In this document: piece by piece, positions 40,119 to 53,565 of the stretch
Layout of the letters: every line of letters begins with the position of its first letter
Numbering within the stretch: position 1 is the stretch's first letter
Assembly: GCA_016748015.1 (NCBI GenBank)
Contig: JAAOMT010000213.1
Location: forward strand, 1-64,000
Reading direction: 5' to 3'
DNA: 64,000 nucleotides
DNA from: Geosiphon pyriformis uo1
Lineage: Eukaryota > Fungi > Glomeromycota
The notes under the pieces: model-generated
Told to the model about the DNA's origin: nothing
Databases searched by the model: none
Seen by the model: only the letters and a program-made list of their open reading frames with translations
Translations under genes and position numbers: made by a program

Positions 40119-43100
40119 GAAAACAACTTTGAAGAAAGAAACAACAACATTAATCAGCTTTTATATTCCACAACATTTGAACAACAGCCTCCTAATTCTG
40201 AATACCTAAATCATTAAATTCACATTTGGATTGCTGTTTATCAGCTAACTAAAACACTCTTTGAAACAGAAAAAAAAAGTTATCAAACTGCTCCTGTTTT
40301 TAATCTTTTCTTAAGTGAATTAGAACATTCCATACAAACAGCTACTTCTGAACCAATGGCTAATAACTCCATGCAACAAAACATTCTGATCATCCTTTAA
40401 GGCATACAAACTGCTTTAGGGCAAAAAAATAATACCTCATTATTATTATTCAAAGGTAATGCACAAGATTTAATTGAATAATTGGATGACTTTGAAAGAG
40501 CTGCCACAGCCAACCAATATAATAATAAATATAAGTTTCAAATCATTGGTGGCTACCTTCAAGGCTCTCCTACTACTTGGTTTTTACAAAAAACCAATGC
40601 CAATACTCAACAAAAAATCATTAAATAGACACCAGCAAATGTTGGAAAAGACAATACTTCTTTTACTATCCAGTTTGAAATGAAATTTAGAACTCCTATT
40701 TTGATATCCAAATGGCACATAAAATTAAAAAGAAAAACCCAAAGTCCTGGTAAAGTTGTAACTAAATATGCCAAAGCAATCAGAAAGTTAATTAAGCAGA
40801 TAGACTCTGGAAGAAATTAAACAGAAGAGCAGAAAATTTACTCTTTTACAAAAGAATTAAGAACTAATCTTTCATATGCTCTTTGGCCTCTTCTGGTTCT
40901 GAAAGACAATTCCACAATGGATATGGTCATTGAACTAGTCCAACAAATTGAAGACAATCAAAAAATGCACTTGGGTTCTATACTTTCAGTTTTTGTTTCT
41001 GCTTCTGTAATGGTTTCTGCTTCTCAAATGGCTGCCACTTCTTTTACTGTCCAAACTCCAGATCTCAATAAACAATTGATAGATAGACTCACAGTCAATC
41101 TTGCCCAGTTACTGAAATCCTTAGCCCAAGCAGTCAGAAAAAATCAACAACTCCAAAGACTCAGATATGAACTCTATTTTAATCAGCCCCAACAACTTCT
41201 TTATTAAAGACAACAAAATCGTGGCCCATCTGTGTATTATAATTGTGAATTAACTGAACATTTCTCTAAAGATTGCAACAATCCTCTTTTGTCTTCTCCA
41301 GCTCTTAGAAACAATAACAATTAAAACAACAGAACCATCAACAACAATATCCTCAATCAAAGACCCAATTATGCCAACATCAATTTCTTTGAAAAGAATC
41401 TCTTAGTTAAAGCCACTGTTTATCAGCTTTTAAACTGGTAGACACATCTCTAAAGGATAAAAGTACAAGCCAACCAGAAAAAAATCTCTTTTATGCTTTT
41501 AACTTAACTAATAATGATTATGACATGGATGAACTAGCAATCAACATTTTTAAATCAACAAGAAAGAAAAAAAAAGCCAAAGTTGATTTCATTCTGGATC
41601 CAAATAAAGCATCCACATTAATTATTAAGAATCCTCCAAAGTTAGAACTTCCAGAAATAGTACAAAAATCTGGTCCTTATTCTGTTGTTAAAAATCTCAT
41701 GGAAACCCCAGCACACATTACATTTGGCCAACTAATAACTCATCTACAGTTCAAAAAAAATCTTCACAAATCATTAATTCCAAAAAAAAAAACACCAAAA
41801 ACCAACAAACATCTTTGTCAAGCTGGACTTGCTAACAACAGCAATGTTATCCTCCTTATTTGCAAAGCCCAAGTGGCTGGTTATTTTATTGACTTGATCT
41901 TAGACAGTGGATCATCTGTTAGTGTAATTGCCAAACACTTTCTGGAAGCCATTGGTAGAAAAATTAATGAATCTTCCACCCAACTTATGACTAATGTACA
42001 TGGTGACAAGAAAAAAGACCTGAACATAGCCAAAGCTGTTCCTGTCTGAATTAATAGCATCAGCATTGAAACTGACATGAAAGTATCTAAAGCAAAAGAG
42101 TACACCATAATTGTTGACAATAAGTGGTTCAAAAAAGCCAAAGCACTACATGACTATGAACTTTGTAAGCTAACTATCAGATGTGTTGAGAAGCCCATTG
42201 TGGTTAAGTGCCATTATTGGACAACTCCTCCAGTATCCAAGCAGAATCAAGAAGATAAACAATCAGATGAATCAGATGATGATAAGAATAATGAAGAAAA
42301 AGATCAAGAAGAACAAGAAGAAACTGTTGAACTTGCCTATACTATTTTCACCAGCATTGGCAAGCCACTAGATAATGTAAAAGCTGACAAAAAAAGATTT
42401 ATTGTAAATAACAAGCTGATTTGTTGGAATCTTTGACAAAAAACCTAGCAAGAAAGCTAAATACAATTATTGGTGGTATAGTCCTTGTGCCAGGTGTTAG
42501 TACAATAAACTTTTGTATTCTTTTAATAATGAATACAAGTTCTGCCTAATTTATTACAAAGATTGAGAACCAATTAGTTTAATATCAAGAAAAAAATTAA
42601 GAAAAATACAAAAGTTCTTTAAGAGTAAACCATCTGAGATTCAATTACTTATAGTAAAACAAAAAGAACTCTCTCCAGAAAAAAGAAAAATAGACATTAA
42701 AAATCTGTTGGTTAAAAATAGTCCAGTTATTTCAAAAAAAGGTGATACCCTTGAACAAATTCATGTAATACAACATACCATCATCACCAGAAAAACTCCC
42801 CCCATCCATTTGAAGTCTTATCAATCCAATCAACATAATGATAAGTTCATTAAGAAAGAGATAAACTGAATAAAAGATCTTGAATTTATACAAAAAACAA
42901 GAGTAAATAGGCTTTTCCAATTGTAGTAGTATCCAAGAAAGATAGAACTCTACACTTCTGTGTCAACTACTGCCAATTAAATGCCATCACTATAAGAGAC
43001 ATGTATCTACTTCCCAAAATTGATGCAATGTTAGACAAATTCAATGGTGCTGCTTTTTTTTCAACTATTGACTTAACTGTTGAATTCTGCCAAGTAGAAA

Positions 43101-44147
43101 TAAATCCAGAAAGTAGAAAGAAAACTGTTTTCATTACCAAGTATGGCACATACAAATTCACAGTCATGCTTTTTGGTCTTACAAATGCTTCTTCTACCTT
43201 TCAATGCCTAATAGACAAAGTGTTTGAATCAGTAAAAAAAAACTTTGTTCTGGTCTACTTAGACAACATAATGGTCTACTCAAAAATTTGGAATGAACAC
43301 CTTGAACATTTACAGAAGGCTTTTGATCTGCTCAGAAATGCTGGCCTTAAGATCAATTCAATCAAATTTTTCTTTAGATGCCAATCCACCCAGTTCTTTG
43401 GTTATCTGATTACAAAAAATAGAATCTTTTTAGACCCAGCTAAAGTTAAAAAAGTTCAAAACATTAAACAACCAATAAATGTTCCTGAACTATGCTCTTT
43501 TCTTGGTTTGGCTTTTTATTATTGCAAATTTATCAAAAATTTCTCCAAAATCATCTTTTTTGTCAATTAGCTACTCAGAAAAAATGTCAATTATTATTGG
43601 AACACTCATCAACAAAAAGTTTTTGAAACTCTGAAGAAAAAACTTGTTACTAAACCAATCCTTAAACAACCTGACCTGAACCAATCTTTTATCCTGCACA
43701 CTGATACATCTGGCTATAGACTTGGCACTATTCTCTCCCAAAAAGATAAAAATAGCAGAGAACATACTATAGCAGATGCCAGTAGAACCCTTATACCAGT
43801 AGAAAAGAACTATTTAGTTACTAAACAAGAATGTTTAGCAGTAGTTTGGGCTACTAGTTACTGGGACCAATATCTTAATGTAAAATTCCTAGTGGTAACA
43901 GATTATCAAGCATTGGTTTGGCTGCATAACAAAAAGAAGCTGGAACATAAATGGATAACTTGCTGAATACTTTATTTGGATGAATTCGACTATAATATTC
44001 AATACCACAAAGAAGCAAATCATCAAAATGCTGATGCTTTCTTTAGACTTACCATCCAGTGATAGTATAATCTCTCAACCAAACCAACTTAATTATTAAT
44101 AACTCTCTCACAAACAAACACAATAATGGACTTATACAACTACTTTG
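40119..44147 (+). pseudogene. gag-pol: Gypsy family 2 gag-PR-RT-RH, interrupted by LINE-C
   Basis: Gag relic, LILDSGSS, RT YLDNIM and RNase H. Continues at 55923-56190. Confidence 0.92.
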
Positions 44148-44277
44148 CAAAAAAAACTTTTTTTCTCTTTTTAACTGCTACTACACAATTTACTACATCT
44201 CAAATTTGAAAAATAAGTTTTTGCAAAGAATTCTTTAATTATATTATATTATTATTATTAACACAACAGACTTAAAA

Positions 44278-46552
44278 GTGTCTAATAATAATGTCAACAG
44301 TGTTGTGACACTAGTCATGCAAAGAAGTATAAGTGTAGAGACTATTAATAGTGAATACCAAGTGGAGGGAAACACACCTTCCACTGCTGAAAGAGAAGTC
44401 ATTAACATTAATCCACAAGATTCATCAACTGTGATAACTACAGGACCTACCATACCTCCATTTAAATTTAAAACTGCTAGTAGATTCTCTGAAAATGAGA
44501 ACACAAGTAGTAGAGACAATACACCCTTTAAAATAGCCAACACATTGAAGAAGACAGCTCCACATAGGAGAGCAGCAGACTTTTCTCTAATAACAGCTAA
44601 CAGATTAAAAGAAAAAGCCAACAAAAAATACAGACACATTGGAAAAATAAGTGTAAAAAGGTTAACTGAGAAATTCAACCAAATAACTGAAGAAGACTTA
44701 CCTGAAAACACACCTGTTCAAACCAATAACTTTGTCTTGCAACCAATGTTTAATAAAGATAGAAACAGCAACAAATTTCAAATGAAATCTTGAATTGGTG
44801 AAAAGAGAGCCTCTAAGTCCCTGAAAAAATTGGATAAATCATCCAAAGTGCCTAAAGAAGACGAGAAAAAAGCTGTGCAAATAGAAGCTGCTTTGAGGAA
44901 ATGCAATCCTAATATCTTGGACAGAATCAACAGAGGAAATTCTGCGATAAAAAATGAAGATCAAATGGATAATTCATTTGAAACAAACAAAGATAAGCCC
45001 AATCTGGATGATGCTGCAAAAGACATAGAAGATTTTGATTCAAGCTTATTTAGCAGAATGGCTAGTTTAAGTCTAGGCCAATACAGTAGTAAATCATTTG
45101 GCAAAAAACCCATGTTTATGAAAGTAAACCAAAAAGAAGGATGAAGAACAGTGGTCTACAGAACCAAAAGACATGTACTTTTTGTACAAGCATTAAATAT
45201 ACCAGAAAAAATTATGGAGAAGAAGGTGGGGTGGATTTATAATCTTTTGGGAGATGTCAGGTACTTCTTGGGGGCTGTAATGGCCAGAAACCAAGAAATC
45301 AGAATTGACTTTTCACAAGTGGCTGGAAGAGACCAAGCCAGAGAAATTCTGACAAGTAAAAAAATTGATTTATTTTTGATGGCTACTGATAATGTTAACA
45401 CCCAAATGGCTGGCCAAAAGAAAATTCTAGTGAAAACCATTCTTTTGGGTATTTCAGACAGAGAAGTTGGGGCTGTCATAAAAGAATTTAGTAAGATTAA
45501 AAAGATCTAAATCAAAGTGGCTGGCAAATGGCAATCAGCAGTGATTGAATACAACAGCCAAGAGAAGGCAACCAGAGCTGCAAACCAATGGTCAACCATG
45601 ATCAAAAAAGATGCAGTCAGAATTTATCCAATAATTAAAACCCAAAAAATCATCAAGCAGAAGAAAATCTGAGAAGCTAAATTGGTGGGCTTACTACAGA
45701 ATTGTACTGCCCACTACTTGAACACCATCCTGGATTAAATCAAAGCCCAATCTTGTTTTATTTCAAGAACTAGCAGAAATTATATGAGGATGGGCTGCGC
45801 TTATATTGGATTTGACAGTGAAGCTAACCACAATATTGCTACCAAAAAACCCTTGGTGATTAGTGACACACTGGTTTACTGGATGTCCACTAATGCTAAA
45901 AAATGCCATTTTTGTTACCAAATGGAACACTTGGTCTCAAAATGCCCAACCTTACATAAGAAAAAAAAAGAAAATACCAAGAAAGTTATCAATAATATTA
46001 GATTGGCAAAGTTGTATGTTAAGAGGAATGTTCCAAAGAAAAACATCAAGGCCTTTGGTGGAAGATTATATGCTGAAATGGCTGCACTTAGATTGTCCCA
46101 TAATTGAAACAACACTAACTCAAACAATACTTAGAAACCTGGTCCACAAGTAAACAATAGAGAAGAACAATCAAAAAAAGGAGTTACCCAACCATAGAAG
46201 GCTGAAATTGATGAATTAAGACAGCAGGTTGGCAAAATAGCAAAACTGCTGAATGCAGTTGCTGATAAACTTGGAGTAACATTAGAGAAAAAAAATAAAG
46301 TAATAGTTACTCAACAGCCAAGTAACATCTCAGAAGAAAAAGAAGAGATAGAAATTAGAGTACCTAGCCAAAGTACTACCTTTAAATCTGCTCCTACAAG
46401 GAAAAGAAAGGCATACAACCCAGAATTGGAAATTAAAGAAATTAAAAAAACATTGGAACCCATTCTGAAGTTATTGAAGCAAGTGGAAAAACAGATTAGC
46501 TGGGACAGTTATACTGCTGAACAATCTAAATCTATGGAAACAGATAATGTGT
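44278..46552 (+). pseudogene. LINE-C ORF1 (RRM-like domains, knuckle CHFCYQMEHLVSKC, coiled coil)
   Basis: One frame broken by TGG/CAA-derived stops; overlaps the ORF2 ATG at 46547. Confidence 0.85.
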
Positions 46553-46952
46553 AGCACATTTGTTTCCAACAAAGAACAGAACTACTTTGATAACAACACT
46601 TGGAAAATTAGTATTGTTAATGTTAAAGGGCTTAATAGTTCTGGTAAAGCTGAGGAGGTTTTACATTGGGTCATTGAAGAACAATTTGACTTTGTGATTG
46701 TTATGGAAACTAAGTTGACTCCAACCAAAGAAAAGGGTATATTTTTTGGCTCTGATGAATATCATGCCTTTTGGGAGTCAAACGCAGAGAAACAAATAGG
46801 AACTGGGGTTAGAATACTGGTGAAAAAATGTTGGATACATCATGTAGAAACAATCAAGGGGTATCACGGGAGGTTGCTACATTTGGGGTTGAAATTTAGA
46901 GGTAGAATCAGTGTGCACATAGTGGGTCTGTACATTCCTGCTTCCAAAGTGC

Positions 46953-47805
46953 TGTTACTTATAAAAATATAAGGAATATATATTAGCATAGTTATTAACC
47001 AATCAGAAGTAGACATAGTAAAATATGGAATTCCAGGATTCCTCTCAGGAATTACAGAATTCCAGAAATTACAGAATTCTCATAAGAAATCGCAAAATTC
47101 CAGAATTCTAGGATTTTTTTCAAAGGAATTGCAGGATTCCAGGAATCTCAGAATTCCTGTTGTGAAGAATTGAGGAATTGAGGAATCTCAATTATGTATA
47201 TATAGCAGTAGGATTAGAAGCTAAAAAGACAGACCTCTCAGTTTAGATTTCATCTAGACAACTTTCCAAACCACAAATAAATAACTGTTTGTTATCTCAA
47301 ACCTGCTGCCACTATCAACACTTTATGTTAATAGTAATTGATACTTAACCATACTGGAACAATAGCTCTTGATCATGGCTATTGACGGAATACTAACTTG
47401 TGAATCACTTAGGCTTATTTCTTTTTTTTCTTTATTTTTTTTTTTCTTTATTTCTTGCTTTGATTTTATTGTTGTTTACTAACTCTATTGAGGATTAACG
47501 TGCAGGATACTAACATCAAGAATTGCCTGGTAAAAGACCCCTGCAAGAAGGTAGGACATGTACAGAAGATATGGAATACTTACCAAAGGATTGTTGGCCA
47601 TCATGCTGAGAGAAGAATTGACAGAATTGCAATTCTGAGAAGTTACAGATAAAACAACTATTGAATCTCTGTTCATTATACAAAGAACTCAACCTGAAAC
47701 CTTTAGATACAAAACCTTCAGATTAATAACATCAATGCAAATAACTTTTAACACCAAGTTACGGGTTGTTATTTGATTCAACACTCCAAATAATCACTTG
47801 TAACA
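46953..47805 (+). repeat. solo LTR (family C), 4-bp TSD GTGC
   Basis: TGTTAC...GTAACA termini; GTGC at 46949-46952 and 47806-47809. Confidence 0.93.
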
Positions 47806-48536
47806 GTGCCTACTAAGAAAGCAGTAGCTAAAGAAATCAGAAAACTTTTGGGGGACATTGTGCATAACAAAGAGATAATCATAGTTGCAGGCGATTTGAA
47901 TGAAGACCTGGCATCCAAATCACTTGAAGAAACATATGCTACAAATAAGATCAAAGCTTGCCCCACTGTTGCAACATTACAACATTTGGATTTGGTGGAT
48001 ACACATAGAACATATGCAACAAACAATCCAGAAAAGACATGGGCTTCAAATAGAGTACAAAGAAGATTGGATTATGTGTTTACTGATGCAGTTACAGCCT
48101 TACTGGTCACAAACATTGGGGTTGTAGATGTTAAGAAATCATTTAGCACTGATCACAGAGCTGTAGTAACTATTATCCGATTTGACAGAATCTTGGCAGG
48201 CAGTAAAAAATCAAGATCTGGGAGAAGAAAAAGTAGCACAATCATGATTGATGTTAAAAAAGCATCTGGAATGCAATGGAAAATCTATGCAAAAGAAACT
48301 AATCAATTGACTGATGAAGCACAAAGAAAATCAGTAGATAACAGTGCTGATGATCTAAATCTAATGTGACTTATAATTAAGGAGACTGTATTACAAGCTG
48401 TTGATTGTCTACCAAAAAAGAAAGTGGGAGCCTGATCTACACACACAAAGAAAGAATACATGGATTACAAGCTTGTTAAAATTGTTGCTGATATAATCAA
48501 ACAAATAAAAATAAACAATGCAAATATGCATGATAA

Positions 48537-49202
48537 TGTTATGGATTGGAGTAACAAGCTAACAGATAGCAAGGGAGAACAGTATTGTATGGTGATGAAA
48601 ATAAACAAAGAGGGAATTACAATAAGGGAGCGAATTGAATAAGTAAGAATTCAATGTGTGTGATTAGTCTCATAAAAATCACAGTCACTAATCTTTTCTT
48701 AAATCTGAAGGTAGAGGAATAGTCCGTGATTGTCAACAAGATAACACCGCTGTTATTATTCTATGCCTCAACTCGGCAATTTTTAGAATCAATAACAGGT
48801 ATCATTGTGCTTTTCAATTGTTTCTTTATTCAATGAATTACAAAAGCAAGCCAATTGCTTTTCAGGCTAATTCTAACAAACACAAATCAAGAAGAGGAAA
48901 AGATAAGGTATGTGAATGCCAACAAGTAGATACTTGAAGGTAAGGAAAGGGGAATAAGTGATTATGAGAAGAAGTAATTGATATTGTTTATTTCGTTACT
49001 TTGATCATGTCATTCTACAGCTAAGGGAATTATCACTTATATAGCTATCTAAAGTGGTCAATGATCAGGTCAATGATTAGGTCAATGGTCAGGTCATTGA
49101 TCAGGTCAACAATCACTATCTAAAAATAGGGTGGCTAATTATATGACATCAGTGGCTAATACATGTGATAACTAATAAAAACTATGGGTTTCAACCGTAA
49201 CA
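48537..49202 (-). repeat. solo LTR (subfamily A'), 4-bp TSD ATAA
   Basis: TGTTA...TAACA termini; ATAA at 48533-48536 and 49203-49206. Confidence 0.93.
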
Positions 49203-50945
49203 ATAACAATGTTATGTAGTTGTTGGCTAAATGGAAACATTTGAAATCTGAAGTGGTTAATGCATATCTGATGACTCTCCCAAAGAATAAGCTTATTGCA
49301 AAATTACTCAGTATTAAGAAAGAGTACAGATCAACACTGTGTGCCAGAATCAGATTACAACAGCAGAGACAGATAGTGGATAATATTATCAAAAGACAAC
49401 AAAACTTTGATCTATACAAAGGAATTATGATTAAAAGCATCCTAAACAAAAAAAAACAAAGAATTATACTGGACCATGTCATTGAAGAAAGTAAATTTCA
49501 TAATGATCCTGATGAGATTAAAAAGCTAGTAAACAAAAAAGCCCAAGGATGAACTAGGACAAGAATTCTTGAGCCTGACCTATGGAAAAGTTGGGAACAC
49601 AGATTTAAGCCGATTGGGAGCATTCTAGATCATGCCTTTGACGGTATGATGGCTGAAATAACAAATGAGGAATTTGAAGACATATTAAACCACACACCCC
49701 ATAACAAAGCTCCTGGCCCATCAGACATTCAAGCTGAGCTGTGGAAAAAGGCTGGGCCTAATACCAAGTCTAAACTGAGAACATTGCTCAATTCTTGCAT
49801 TAAAGCAGCCAACATGCCTGAGGAGTGGAGAGTAGCACAGGTTATACTGATTCCAAAGCCAAAAGAATGAGGTGGCAATATTAACATCACCAGGCTGATC
49901 ACACTCATTGAAAGCACTAGAAAGATCTTAACAAAGATTCTAACTGCAAGAATTTCAAAAGCATGTGAACTCCACAATGTCCTAAAAGGTTACAATACCT
50001 CAGTATTAAAGAATACTTCTATAGCAGTGCCAATTTATGTGATTAATGTTGTTGCTAAGCATGCAAGAGAATTTGGTAATGAGGCCTGGTTTACATTCTA
50101 GGATATGAAGAAGGCATATAATTCAGTGGAATAGAAATCCATAGAAGCTGCATTGAAGAGAATCAAGATGAACAATAGGTTTACTGAGCTGTTTGGCTTA
50201 ATACACAACAATAAAAACAATCAAACTATAACTAAATTTGGGTTAAGTGACAAATATCAAGTGCAAGATGGACTGGATTAGAGAAAAACAAGCTTACCCA
50301 TCATGTGGAGGATTTTCTATGACCCCTTACTGTGTGAAGTAAAACAAGCCAATTATAGTCAAAGATACAAACTGACAGCTGGTTGGAAAAAGTGGGACAA
50401 TCAACCTGAAACACAATCCCTGTCAGTGTCAGTGAATCACTTAGCCTTTGTCAATGACACAATGTAGATAGCCAACTCAAGACAGGGAATGCAGAGTATT
50501 TTGGACACAGCTAGCTCCTTTTTTAGAATGGTAGATATTGAGATCAATTTAGATAAGACTGAAACAATGGTGATCAGACCCTCTAAAGAGAAATCATTGA
50601 TGGTTGAGCCACTAAAATTTGGGCTAAACAAACAGATCTTGAAATTGCTGGATCTATCTACATGTACCCAATATTTGGGGGTATGGGTCAAAGCAGATGG
50701 AAAAAATGAAATTGTTCTAAAAATAATAGGATCTGACATTGAAACAGTATGTGCAGTAATCAGAAAAAAACACATTACTGAGAAACAGACCATTTACATT
50801 TTTAATTTTTAATTTTTTTTTTGTTAACGTGTAGCCACACCAATCATTTATTAGTTATTTTACAGTAATGTGGCAGTTTCATAAAACCAGCTTATCCAAT
50901 AATACATATTACAAGATGTGGCTAACCACAAGTAGAAAGCCCTAA

Positions 50946-51112
50946 CTACACACTAGTACTACCTTTGCTACCTAATGTATTAAACATATCTAATTTATAC
51001 ATCTTACCCATAATACATACAAGTTCATGACTATTCTTAACAAGACTGCTCATCCATAACTCCATCATTGCATCAAATGTATCATTATAGACTGAAAAAT
51101 CTTTAACATTAC

Positions 51113-51190
<78 letters not shown>

Positions 51191-51461
51191 TCATTTCTTC
51201 ATCATCAGATATGTTATAGTGTACCTTCCCACTCCTCAACTTGAGGGCCCCCACTTTCTTTTGCAGCACAGAAGCCACAACACAAACAGCCTCAATTTGG
51301 TTTCCTAATCCAATCACACTTTCCTTCATTGCCTTTGCCACAACTGGTGGAGNNNNNNNNNNNNNNNNNNNNATCGGACTTGATATTAGAGGATTGAACC
51401 TCCCATAACTCCATCATTGCATCAAATGTATCATCGTAGACCAAAAAATCTTTAACATTAC

Positions 51462-51539
<78 letters not shown>

Positions 51540-53565
51540 TCATTTCTTCATCATCAGATATGTTATAGTGTACCTTCCCACTCCTCAACTTGAGGGCCCC
51601 CACTTTCTTTTGCAGCACAGAAGCCACAACACAAACAGCCTCAATTTGGTTTCCTAATCCAATCACACTTTCCTTCATTGCCTTTGCCACAACTGGTGGA
51701 GTAGACAACAACATAGTAACCAATGCAACCAAAGAACCCACAGACTCCACTATAGATTTGATCAACAAAGACAGTTCACTAAGTTGGGTTTCCAGAGAAG
51801 CCAATCTAGCATTAACAGCAACATCTGAACCAGAGAAGGCAATTGGCAACATTAGCACCACAACTTTAGGGGAGGTACTGAAAGCCAGACCTGTATTAGC
51901 AGCCACAGCAACAGGAGGAACCACAGAAGTGGTGGCTTTGGTATAGGATTTAGCTCCAACGAGGGATGACTTGAAAATAATGGGACCACCAGCAGAATTA
52001 GAAGAGAGTTTGGAAGGGAGAAGTGGCAACACCTTGCAGTCCACAGCCAAATGATCTAAACTTTGACATCTATAGCAGCGACAACATCCAGGAGTTTCCC
52101 ACCAGATGCGGCAGTCACGTAAGGTACTGGTTTTTGAAACAGCAGCATTTAAAGATTCTAAAGAATCAAAGATCACCACAGCAAAGCATTGACATCGATA
52201 GGAATCAGGGGAGTGGGGAATGAAACACGTACGGCCACCAACTTGGGAGACCAGATTACTTATTTCAAATGCAGTGCAGCCAAATGAAAGATTAACCAGC
52301 TTAGCTTTAAAAGCATCTCTTGAGGAGATAACCTCCTTTTGGTTGGCAATGGGAAGAATCCTAACATTATATTTTCTGACCAAGACAGACCAGTTAGAGA
52401 GAGCAGCAGCAGCAGAAGAAATGTCCTTAAAGTTGACCACAGCATATTGCCATAAGCCAGCAGGCTTCAACTTAACAGAAGTGACAACACCAAAAATGCC
52501 AAGAGCAGATTTAATGTCATCAGAAGAGGTACCCAAAGGTACATCATGCAGTGCAACTAACAAGGAAGAAGAAAAAACAGAGGCCACACCAGAAGACCGT
52601 GCAATCTTAAGAGTGGTCAAAAACACTTCATCACTGATGGCCACTTTGGTGGCACCATTTAGACACTCCTGAGATGCAAATTCCACACAAAACAACTTAA
52701 CAGCATCTTGTGAAACTGATTTAAGCCCAATACAACCAGGCAGTAACTGAAACAAAGAACCAAGCAGGGCCATTTTGATCTTAAATGTAGCACCAGGTAC
52801 AAGATTGGAGGCCACCCAACCAGAGAACCTTTGATATCCACTCACATTCACCCAAACACCAGCATCAGATGCACCAGAAACTGGGGGGGGAACAGTTGAT
52901 TCCATTTCCATCTGATCAGCCCAATCTTTGAGATCATCTGGACTGATGAACTGTTTTGCTACTGGGATTGGCGATGATCTGCTGGAGAGTACCACATTAG
53001 GCAACACAGCCAGTGGTTGATCTTGGCTCATCTTGGGAGATGTGCTGCTGCTGTTGCCATCCATATTAGGAATAGGGCTGGCTGCTGCTGTGGAAATCTT
53101 ACTGAAGATCTCATCTGGAACCACAAAGGGGTTCAGTGTGACCATAGCAGTTGTGACTGCCTGCTACTGTTTTTTGAAATTTTTCGTTTTTGTGGCCATT
53201 TGTGAAGCAGTAGTAGTGGAAGTAGTAGGGAGAGTGGTGAGAGCAGGAAAGACCAACTTGTTGACTGGTCTGTTATTAAAAATCTTTGGGCTCTTTGAAG
53301 TGGTAGAGACAACACTGGGACTAACCCGAGTGTGCCTTTTTGAAGGGACTTTGACTGAAGAAGAACTTCCAGCCAAAGAAGAAGAAAATGAACCAGAAGC
53401 CAATAAAGGCAGCTTATTACTATTATTTTTCAAAGGAAATGTAGCCAGAACGTTTTGTCTAGCTGCTTCAATAACAGAGAGACCCTCTTGTGTTAAAACT
53501 TTATTAGTTACTATAGGAAAAATAATGTTTACAACTTTTTTACTCTTAGCTCTATTTGTGGTCAT
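50946..53565 (-). pseudogene. ORF1p-like protein: S/T-rich N-terminus, ~3 RRM-like units, CYRCQSLDHLAVDC knuckle, coiled coil, poly-Asp
   Basis: ORFs 53164-53565 and 51292-53145 are in the same frame. Motifs GLWQYAVV, WSVLVRK, AKLVNL..GCTA and CFIP are shared with LINE-C ORF1. Confidence 0.85.
51114..51540 (-). repeat. (GAT)n poly-Asp tract, present twice around a 20-N gap (51353-51372)
   Basis: ~51055-51352 duplicates ~51403-51701. Confidence 0.9.

Noticed and set aside
51055-51372. Biological tandem duplication of the ORF C-terminus
   Set aside because: Near-identical copies flank an N gap and a microsatellite, and other copies lack it. Typical unmerged contig overlap.
50946-53565. Host multi-RRM gene or processed pseudogene
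   Set aside because: High copy number, homology to LINE ORF1 and a LINE-derived tail indicate a mobile element.
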